A stretch of 62,993 bases of DNA, counting the filler, from Hyphochytrium catenoides (Eukaryota > Protista > Hyphochytriomycota), in the NCBI GenBank assembly GCA_900088475.1. It is 11 parts of 11 records of this genome, joined end to end, with 100 filler letters (N's around TTAATTAATTAA, not from the genome) between each part and the next. Parts side by side here need not be neighbours in the genome. Positions count along the whole stretch, not along the records: positions 46,436 to 50,410 come from FLMG01002001.1; positions 50,511 to 61,817 come from FLMG01004373.1; 9 more parts are not named here. One strand, 5' to 3'. Made by a program: the position numbers and the translations under genes. Shown here piece after piece: positions 47,103 through 57,480 of the stretch; the stretch's first letter is position 1, and the number at the start of each line of letters is the position of its first letter. Below the pieces are notes generated by a model that worked only from the letters and a program-made list of their open reading frames with translations, did no database searches and was not told the DNA's origin.

Positions 47103-47611
47103 ATTTTCCTGAAGATTTTGACGAGAGCGTCGCTGCTGGCTGTCGCTTTCTTCCCATCTCTTTCTCATCCGCGGTAAAAAGCTACTCTATTCAAGGAAAT
47201 TGTGTGGTCTCCCTCTCTCTCTTTCTTGCCGTGTTTCCTCTTCAATATCTCCTTTCATCTCTGGTGTGATCTCGGGTTTACTGGTCACTCTCCCTCTCCC
47301 CGCCGCGCTCCAGCTCTCGGTATCAAAGTCTCATCTCTGCTTTCTTCGTGTCTCATCTGTGGCTCTCTCTCTCTCCTGCCTCCGTTTATACTCACTTTGT
47401 TTCTCTCCCTCTGCTGTCCCTATCCCTATCCCTATGTCTGTCTCTCTCTCTCCCTCCCTCATCCTCTCTCTCTCTGTCTCTCTCTCTGTCTCTCCCTCTC
47501 TCTGTGTTTCTCTCTCGCTGTCTCTCTCTCGCTGTCTCTCTCTCTCTCTCGCTGTCTCTCTCTCTCGCTGTCTCTCTCTCTCTCTCGCTGTCTCTCTCTC
47601 TCTTCTCTCTC

Positions 47612-47660
<49 letters not shown>

Positions 47661-50410
47661 CTTGTCATTCCCTTTCCTCTTGTCATTCCTCTCTCTCTTG
47701 CCATTCCTCTCTCTCTTGCGGCCCTCTCCTCGGTCGTCATTCTCCTTCCAGAGCTCTGGCGGTCGCATTGTCTCTCGCTGCGCGCTGGTTCAGGGACTCT
47801 ACCGACCACTGGCCAAGGGAAAGACCATTCACGACTTAGCTCGAACTTTGCAAAGAGAGAGAGAGGCGGAGGAAAGAGAGAGAAAGGGAGAGAGAGAGGC
47901 CAAAAGAGATGTTATCCATGTCCTTCAGGAGAGAGAAGATAGTGGCAGAGTGATCCTTGAATCAGTAAGAGAGAGAGAAAGGCGAGAGGCCAGTGATAAC
48001 GGAGAAAGAAAAGAGGAAGAAGGATGGTGCTCAACACTTCTAAGAGAGACAAGCGGCTTTCAAGGGAAAGAAAGAGACGCGGTTTCTCTCTCTCTCTTGG
48101 AAGTGAAGAGAATTGGCTCCCGACTGCGAAGCCCCGAAGACAGACTCAAACTGCTTCGCTGTCTCAGCCTTAGAGACATTGAAGCCAAGCTCCATGGCAA
48201 GAGGAAAGAACGGGAGAGACTACTAGAGAAGAGAGACAAGAGTAAGGAGTTAGCGGAGGGAGGAGGGAGAGAATGGTCGGAGGATTGCCTCTGGAACTCT
48301 GGCTCTCTCTCCCTCTTGCTTGACTGTTCTCCCTCACACTCTCAGGCTCTGCTTGCCCTGAAGCTTCAAGAAGGGCTCAGTGGCAGTGCAGGGGCCAGAG
48401 GAGGAAAAGCCGGAAGTGGCGCCACGGGTGAGAGAGAAAGAGGATGATTTACATATCAGATCCTCTTTTCTTCCTCTTCTTCTCTCTCTCTTTCTCTCTC
48501 TTCTCTTCTTTTCTATAACCGCCTCTCAACTCCTTCTTTCTGTTTTGCGATGCTATCAGTCAAGGTGTCCCTGCTTTAAACATGAGGGGATCTCTTCCTT
48601 ATTGTCACATCTCGTCCCTTCCCTTGCTTGGCTTCATTCCTCTCTCTCTCCCTGCTGTTCTCTTCATTTTGCAGCCTTTTGCTTTGTCTATCGGCTTCGT
48701 CTCTCTTGCCGATCCTCTCTCCTCTGTCTTATCCGTTCGTTGACCGTTGATCCCACCTCTTGCCTCTCCTCTCGTGCATTGATTCTCTCTTTAATGCGCG
48801 GTTCCGAGCTCTGGCTTTCCTATCCTCTCTCATTGATAGAGCTCTCCCTTAGGGTCTAGCGCTCCTTGGTTCTCTCTCTCTTTTCTTTCTCCCTTACAAC
48901 CTCCCTTACGCTTTTTCCATCTCTCTTTCCTTCCTTGCTGGCACAACTCCCAAAGCCAGCTTCTCTTTGCCCCGTCGCGTATATCTCGGCGCCGCTCCCA
49001 TGGATCCAGAGCTATCCTTCGTCATGGCAAATATCGCGAGCGTTGGCGCCGGGAGTATTGTCATGGATCCTTTTGCAGGTGAGAGGCACAGCCGAGAGAA
49101 AGGGGAAATTGTAGCTAAAATGAGAGAGAGAAAATGTGAGAGAGAGAGAGAGAGAGAGAACGACAACAGGCAGGAGTAGACGGGCTATTAAAGTGTCAGA
49201 GTAGAAAGGGAGGTATAGAGAAGTGTTTACTCAGAACTCTCCCTTTCTCTTGTTTGGAGAAATCTCTCTCTCTCTCTCTCTCTCTCTCTTCTTCTCTCTC
49301 TCTCTCTCTCTCTCTCTTGGTGTTCCTTCCTCTGTTATGGGCTTATGCCTAGTCCGGTCCCTACTCCTCCATGTGTAGTCTCTTTCTCATATCTTCGCTC
49401 TCATCATCGCCTCTTCCTTAGGCTCTGGAAGCATTCTTCTCTCCTGCTCTTACTTCGGCGCTTTCTGCTTTGGACTGGAGGCAGATCTGCCAGCTGTCTA
49501 TGGAGATGGAGAAGACAGAAGCTTAGTCGCTAACTTTCGACAGTTCTCTCTCCCGGTGCCTGAAGTTATCGCTGGAGACGTCACCAGGGTTCCTCTTTCA
49601 GTTCATTTCTCCTCTTTATCTCTCTCTCCAGGTGCCTTGGGAAAGAGAAGAGGACTTGTAGACGCGATCATCTGTGATCCGCCGTATGGGATTCGTACCT
49701 TAGGCCTCTCTGTTTCCTGTCCTGCTCCTCTCTCTGGAGAAGAGAGAGAGCAACCCATGAGTCAGACATCTTCACCTGTTTCATCCCGAGTGAAGGACAA
49801 CGTTGAAGACGGCGGAATGCCGAGGGATCATGTGGAGAAGAAAAGAGAGACAACTTCTTCCTCTTTCTGTTCTTCCGGCCACACTTTCTGCGCTCAGGAG
49901 CTCTGGGACATCTGTCCTCAATGTTTCTTAGGCTTGGCGGCTGAGGCCTTAGCCCCAGGCGGTTGTCTAGTCACGTGGTGTTGTGCTTCTTCTTCCTCTT
50001 CTACCTCTTCTGCTGCTGAGGAGAGAGAGGAGGAAGTAAAAGTAAGAAGAGAGATTGAAAGTCTTCTCTCTTCTCTATCACTTTCTTCTTCGCTTTCTTT
50101 AGAGGTTGTGGTCCAAGATGCAGTGACTTCTAGGGCCCAAGCCTCTTGGTCTCGGTGTCTTGTCATTTTGAGGAAGTCCGACCCTTGTCTCTCTACGTCT
50201 CTTTCCTCTTCACAACCAGCTCTCTCTTCCTCTCAAGCATCTTTTCCTGGCCTACGGCGTCCCGATATCCAGGAGCGGCCTTCTTTCTCTTCGGCATTAG
50301 AAGGAGAAGTACAGAGAGGAAAGGGAGAAAGTAAGGACCATCTCTTTCTCTTGAGGCGAGCAAGAAACCTGCCCTATCCTCTCTCTCAGCGGTTCTTATC
50401 TGGGAAGAAA
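47103..50410 (+). CDS. Trm11/TRMT11-like tRNA (guanine-N2)-methyltransferase (multi-exon, ends uncertain or truncated)
   Basis: IVSRCALVQGLYRPLAKGKTIHDL (~47765). RRVYLGAAPMDPELSFVMANIASVGAGSIVMDPFAG is spliced (intron 49079-49421) to SGSILLSCSYFGAFCFGLEAD. Also ANFRQF and DAIICDPPYGIR. Confidence 0.85.
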
Positions 50411-50765
50411 NNNNNNNNNNNNNNNNNNNNNNNNNNNNNNNNNNNNNNNNNNNNTTAATTAATTAANNNNNNNNNNNNNNNNNNNNNNNNNNNNNNNNNN
50501 NNNNNNNNNNGAGGAGGAAGAGATAGAGATTTCTATAGCACTTGCCCAGCGCCGCGCAGAGCCCCATCCTTAACTTTAGGCAAGGAAGCTTCAGAAAAGC
50601 TTCAGTTTCAATCTGCAGATATAGAGCTCTGAAGCTTTCAGACGATAAAAGAATGACTTTCCTGTCGATGCTCAAATGAAGATTGACGCTGAGCCGATGA
50701 TGTGCCCAAACGGTATGAGAAGGTGGGAAGAGTCAAGAAGGATGAGAGACGAGAGAAAACGAAAA

Positions 50766-50796
<31 letters not shown>

Positions 50797-51042
50797 GAGA
50801 GAGAGACCGAGAAAGAGAGAGAGAGGGAACACAACTGAACCACGCCCTTCAGGGCCTCGAAGAGGTAGAGACCTATGTTCATCCGCTATTTTTGGCTCAC
50901 ATCTCTCTCCGCTCTTATCTCTCTCCTCCCTTGCTGGCTTCACTGCCTGCCCTGCCGCCACGGTCCTCCCTTCCTCTGTCTGGCCTCATTAACTGCATCT
51001 TAGAGCAGGGCTTTAGGTCTCTTCACTTTTCTGACTTTCTGC

Positions 51043-51090
<48 letters not shown>

Positions 51091-51343
51091 CTCCTTGTCC
51101 TGCTCCGCTCAGTCTCTCTCTTCTGCTACCCCCGTAACCCTCTTACTGGCTTCATTTCTCCCTTTTTCTCTCCCCCTCTCTCTCTTGTCTCTCCCTCTCT
51201 CTCTCGCTCGTGCTCTCTCTCTCACTCTCTCTCACTCTCTCTCTCACTCTCACTCTCTCTCACTCTCTTGCTCTCACTCTCTCTCACTCACTTTATCTGT
51301 CGGTGTCTCTCTCTCTGTTTCTCTCTCTCTCTCTGCCTGTCTT

Positions 51344-51361
<18 letters not shown>

Positions 51362-51432
<71 letters not shown>

Positions 51433-51484
51433 CTATCTATCTATCTATCTACCTATCTATCTCTATCTATCTATCTATCTATCT
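51362..51484. repeat. (TCTA)n / (GATA)n tetranucleotide microsatellite
   Basis: About 30 near-perfect units directly after a (CT)n tract. Confidence 0.95.
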
Positions 51485-52006
51485 CTCTCTCTTCTCTGTC
51501 GGTTCCCCATGAGTAACCGACCACCAAGAGAGCAACTCTGAAACCAACGGACAGCCCCTAACGGCTACTAATACGTTGAACTTCTGTTGAACGGACTACC
51601 CATAGTATAAACACGAGCTATTGCATACTACTACAGCATTTTTTACTTCAAATAATGGAATCTAACTCTGGAGACAGTTACTCTGTACTGTAGTACAATA
51701 CAGCAGGTATTTTTTAACTTGACCGTACATCTACCGATGTACAGACGCTACATGTACGATGGCGCAGTCTGGAATCTGGATGACCTTTATTATTGATAAT
51801 GTTGCCATTTCCCATTCCCCCTCCTGCCTGTTCGTACTGAGTCTTATCATACAATTGTCCCTCCTTCTCTCTTTCTTTGTCTCGTCCATTCTGTTTGTCT
51901 TTTCTCTATGATTATCTGCCCTGTATTTGTACCTCTAGCGCTCCCTTGGGCTGTCTTTTCGGCTTTTTCATGCTGTCCTAGGGCTGTACTTTTATTTTTT
52001 AAAAAG

Positions 52007-52130
52007 GCTGTACTCTACTTTTCTATTATATAGATTCTTAGATTTTATAAAGATTTATTGACCTAAAGCTGTACTCTCTACCTTTTCTATTATGTAGATT
52101 CGTAGCTTTTATAAAGATTTATTGGACCCT
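52007..52130. repeat. Two-copy AT-rich tandem repeat of about 61 bp
   Basis: GCTGTACTCT..TTTTCTATTAT(A/G)TAGATTC(T/G)TAG.TTTTATAAAGATTTATTG at 52007 and 52068; a partial copy GCTGTACT lies at ~51983. Confidence 0.85.
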
Positions 52131-53931
52131 GCTGGCTCTTGCTTGCCTGGTAGAGTGCAATGTTGATGGCCTCGCGGTCTTGACGAACTTCTTCTCCTCC
52201 TCCTTCTCCTATCCTTATCGTTAAGGTAGTTATGATTCTTCTTCCGCTTTTGATAATGATGGTGGTGGAAGAGACAAGCAGTTGAAGAGACCAAGACTTT
52301 GTAGCTCTTGTCTTCTATTTCTTCTTCATTTTCTTCTGCTTCTTCTCCTTCTTCTCCTTCTTCATAGTAATCATTCTTTTTATAGAAAAAGAGAAAGAAG
52401 GCCATAACACAGTTTATAATGAAAGGCCGCTTTCCATTAGTCATCAAAAAAAGAAGAAGAAGAAGAAGAAAAATAAAAGAGCTACAAAGTATTCGTCTTC
52501 CCTTCGCATCTCTCCACTCTTCATCACCCTCAGAGGAGGGACATTTTATTGTTCTTCGCTTTATTTCTCCCAAAGAGAGGAGAGATGCACCTGAACCTTT
52601 TTTGAATAAGCAAATCCAGAGTAAGGGCCAATGAGTAATCAACAAAGAAATAACAAAATGATGAGAAAATAGGAGAGGACGGGAAAAAAGAGACGACAAT
52701 AGCAGTAGTATAATAAAAGGAAAGGAGGAAAAGAAGACGAAGGAGAGAGAAACGTAGAATAATTGTTGCTTCGTAGTACATATTTGCTTCTTTCATCATC
52801 TTCAAACAGTACGAGTAGTCGATCTCACACTCTCTACTAATTTTCTTCATAATAAAGGCCCCATCAACATCAGGATAATATTGAAAAGGAAAAAGAAAAG
52901 GAGAAGAAATCATAAAAAAAAAAAGGGTTGCAGTCTCAAGAGGGAAAGAGAAGGAGGAGGAGGAGGAGGAGAAAAATAGGATTAAAGTAGCCCAACATTT
53001 CTTTTTCCTGAAAAAAATTAAACCTGGGAAGAAGAAAGAAAGGAAGGAGCGCAAGAGGAGAAGGTAGAGAGAGAGCGAGAAGTTAGAGAAACAGACAGAT
53101 GATGAAATAGGTAGATAGAGAAGAAGAGAGAAGCAAGAGAGAGAGAGAGAGGAAAGAGAGAAAGCTGCCGAGAGAGAGAGAGGAGGGAGTAAATGAAGAG
53201 TTCCTGAGACCCTTCTGTTGTCAACTATTGAGCAAAGGAAAGACGAAAGATAAGAAAAACAACGAAGAAGATATTAACTTAGCTACAAACGCGGAACGGA
53301 CGAGGAAAAGCAAGAAAAGATGGAAGTCTCTTCATAGAAGAGAGAAAGAGAAACGTCCAGCCAGGTCCAGCAAGAAGTAGGAGGCCAAAGAGAGGAAAGA
53401 TAACGGAAATGAGCTAAGGAAACATCGTTAGGAAACTTCTAGGGCAGAAGAGAAAGAGGTCCTATTTTCCTGAGACATAAGGAACGATTTCCTGTCTCCG
53501 ATAAGTTCCCCTCGTGTTATTCTCTCTCTCTCTTTCCTACTATCTATCCCTATTTTCTCCTATCCTCTTCGTTGGCTCTAAAAGTTTATTTAAACAAACT
53601 ACCTTCTCGCCAGTGGTCGTAGTAGACCCAATGAGTGCCCCTCCCATGGAGTCACTTCTTAAAAGAGGCGGGGAGAGAGAAAGAGGAAGACAGAGAGGAG
53701 AAGGTAAGGAACTCACAAAGATAGAAGAGAGAGAAAGAGGCTAGGCGCCACCTTGAGAGCCAAAATTACTTTGGAAAATCTCTCTTCCAGGTTTCCTCGG
53801 CTTGTAAAAGTCGGAGAGAGAGAGAGAGAGATTTCCCTGCTAACTCGTCTACGTAGTTTCTCCCGACCTTCTCTCTCCTTTTGAGCACAATGTGCAATCT
53901 CTCTCTCTATTCTCTGCTAGTGGTTCTCCGT

Positions 53932-55153
53932 TTACACGCTGGTAGAATAAAGCTGTGTCTTCATCGCTGCAGTTCTCTCTTCCAGCTTCTTCGCATGGGG
54001 AGGATCCACTTGGATCATATAGTTGTACCGCTTTCTGAAGTCTTTCTTCTCCGTCATGGAGCGAAGGGCAAAGTAGTACTTGGCATAGACAGAGCCAGCG
54101 ATGTAAAGGTCCCATCGGATGTGGTGAAGGAAGATGCGCTCCAATCTTTTCAATAGAGAATGAGAGAGAGAGAGAGAAAGGCGGACAGAGAGGATGGAGG
54201 AAGATCAGCAAAAAAGGAGACACAAGAGGGAGACAATGACATAATGGGGAGGGCGCGAAGGGCAGAGAGCAAACATCACAGAGAGAGTGAGAGAGAGAGA
54301 GAGAGACAGGGAGAGAGACAGACAGTTAGAGCCAATAGAAGGGAAGGAGACCCCTTACACGGAGAGAGAGAGAGAGAAGATAGAAAAAGGGGGCAAGAGA
54401 GAGAGAGAGGAGGGAGGAAGAGAGAGAGAGAGAGAAAAGCGAAAGCAAGGTGTGAGAAGAGGGAACCCGTCAAGGGAGACAGCGACCTTTGACGGAAGCG
54501 AGAAACCGAGTGGCTCTACCTGTTGATATTGCTTAGGGGAAATTGAGGGTAAATATTCGAAAACTCGACATTCCAGGAGCTTAGGTCCTGCCAGACCTGA
54601 CAGCCCAGGGAGAATGCAGAGAGTTAGAAGCTGAGACTGGAGGCGGCATAGAAATAGAGAGGGGCTAGACGCGAAGAGAGAGAGAGAGAGAGAGAGTGAC
54701 AGGTAGACAGACAAAGAGAGAGCAAGAGAGGAATGAGAGAAAGAGGAGAGAGGAAAGAAGAGATACGAAAAGAAGTGGATAAGGCAGTGCAAAGAACAAA
54801 AATCAGAGGCGTGTGAGCAGCAGACGACACAGGCTTTATAAAAAGTCAAGGAAAGACACGAAGAATAGAGAGAGAGAGACAGAGGTTGGGTTTGTGTGTG
54901 TTAGAGAAAGAGTGAGAGAGAGAGAGAGAGAGAGAGACAAAGAGAGAGAGAGACTGGTTCTGTTCATACCTTAGAAGCAAGAAGGAGTCCACAAAGAAGA
55001 ATGGGCCGCCAGTTGGAGGACAGAAGGTCCACATGAGCCATTTCCATCAAGCGCTCCACATACACCAAACATACAATTGTGCATTCTGAGGTCAACTNNN
55101 NNNNNNNNNNNNNNNNNNNNNNNNNNNNNNNNNNNNACAGAGAGAGAGAGAGG

Positions 55154-55206
<53 letters not shown>

Positions 55207-55751
55207 ATAGAGCGGGGCGCCTACCTGTGCACTAGTGAACAAATGTTTACAAAAGCGGTAGATCTCGTCCACGGAAGGGATTTTATACTCCCGCTGAATC
55301 CTCTAATGAAAGGACACCGGTGTCAGTCGGAAAGAGGCGTTCTCCTAATCTTTCCTCCAACCGTCACTCTTGCCACCCTCTTGTCCCTTTCTCTCTCGCG
55401 CCGCCGTTCTCTCTCTCTCTCTCTCTCCCTAGCTTTTTTTCCTCTCTCTCTCTCTTTCTCCAGTCTCTGTTGAACATATTTGTCGCTGCTAGAGCCTTAA
55501 GCCGTCCTATGCTAACCCTCTCTGCCTCTGTCTCTCTCTCTCTCCTTGGCTCTCTCTCCGTCTCCGTCTCTCTCTCTCTCTCTTCTCTCTCATCCTGTAC
55601 TGATCTCCTTACCTTCATACTATAATAGGTGACTACTGTCATTGCTGGCGGCCTGACGAACGTGTATTGGAACTGAGGCACCACGAAGTTATCCTCATGA
55701 AACATGTGAGTCGTGTCCTCACCCTCCAGCAACGCTGCAGAAGAGGAATGA

Positions 55752-55791
<40 letters not shown>

Positions 55792-56013
55792 GAAGGAGAG
55801 AGCGAGAGACACAGAGAGAGAGAGAGAGCGAGAAGCAGAGCAGAGAAAGAGAGCACAGAGAGAAAGAGAGCAAAAACAAAGGAGAGAGAGAGTAAAGTAC
55901 ACGGGACAAAGAAAGAGAGAAAGTTAAGTCAAGGAAGAAGTTGTTGGCAAGAAGAGAGGGAGACTCGCATATACCAGAGAGCGGGAACGAAGGTAGTACG
56001 CTACGGTCGTCCT

Positions 56014-56059
<46 letters not shown>

Positions 56060-56594
56060 TCTCCTTCTCTCTCTCTATGCTAGGGCTCTGCCTCTTTCTC
56101 TGTCTCTCTCTTCCTCTTGTCTCTCTTCTCCCTCGTCTCCGTCACCCTTCGATCCTAGGTCTCTCGTTCTTCCGTCTTTGGCGCCGATCTCTTTTGTCTC
56201 TTCTTACCTCTTCCAATTGCCAGCCCACTTGTCTCTTTCGCAGCTCCAGTGTTTTCTTTAGGAGAGAGACCAGCCGAGCCGATTAGAGAGTCGTGTCTCG
56301 TCTTTAGTCTTCTCTCGCACATGTTAATGTGCTGATAAATAACGACGCTGACCCTATGTGACAGAGAGAAAGAGAGAGAGAGCCAAACGCAGGGGCGAGA
56401 GTGAGAGAAGGTCAATGGCAGGTGGGTAGACGATATAGAGAAGGAATCGCGGGAGAGAGAGAGAGCAAAAGGGGGGGAGAGAGAGAGCAAGAGAGAGAGA
56501 GAGAGAGAGAAAAAGCGCACTGCGCGATTGCCCACCGAAAAGAGGACTAAAAGGGGGCAAAGAAAGAGAGAGAGAGAGACACAGAGGGAGAAAG

Positions 56595-56625
<31 letters not shown>

Positions 56626-57322
56626 AGTGAAAGGAAACAGCAACAATCCACAAAGAAACCAGAATGCGCGCTGCACTGGTAGAAGAGGTAGAGGAAAAAA
56701 TGGCTGAAAAAGCAGATAAATTTAACTGAAGAGACAAACATAAAGAGAGACAGCAAAGCGTAAGAGGCGTAGGGTTGAAGAGGCGGGGAAGTACGTGAAA
56801 TACTGCGAAGAGAGAGAGAGAGAGAGAAGAACAAGGAGAGAGACCTTCTAAGGGCATCGTCATAGTTTGGCCTAATAATGGATCCTTTAGGAGCGATGCT
56901 GTGCGTCAGGTGGCTCCGGTCCTCGGGCTTCCTATACTTAATAACAGTGGCGTGGTCAATCCTGGGGGTGTAGTGAGCCTCATGCGTCGGCTGGAAGGTC
57001 CGGACTTTGCTCCGAGAGAGAGAGCGATCGTCTCTCTCTCTCTCTCTCTCTTTCTCTCGGTGGTGAGCGCGAGATGTCTCCTGCTCTCTTCCTGGTTCAT
57101 CAGCTTCCTCAGCCTCTCCTTGACGCTGCTCTTCTACGGGTTTGAACCGAGAGAAGGTGAGAAGAAGCTTGGCCAGAAAAGAGCAACAATAGGACGGCAA
57201 GGAAAGGAGGGAGAATATAGACAACCAAGAAGAAGAACGTGAGGTGAAAGAGAGAGAGAGACAGACGGAGAGACAGAAAGAGAGAGAGAGAGAGACGGAG
57301 AGGGAGAAAGAGAGGAAGAGGA

Positions 57323-57388
<66 letters not shown>

Positions 57389-57480
57389 GTACGGAATTTG
57401 ACTTGCTTTACTCTGACGTCGCTGGAAGCCCGGGCAGTCTTCTTCTTTCTCTGTGGCAATACAGCCTTGAACAGATTCAT
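53932..57480 (-). CDS. Cyclin Y-like protein (multi-exon)
   Basis: Spliced exons give ..RPNYDDALR|RVSVVIYQHI..|..IPSVDEIYRFCKHLFTSAQ|LTSECTIVCLVYVERLM..LLSSNWRPILLCGLLLASK|VWQDLSSWNVEFSNIYP..INR|LERIFLHHIRWDLYIAGSVYAKYYFALR..LYSTSV*. NWR..LLASKVWxD and SVYAKYYF.LR are cyclin-Y signatures. Confidence 0.93.
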
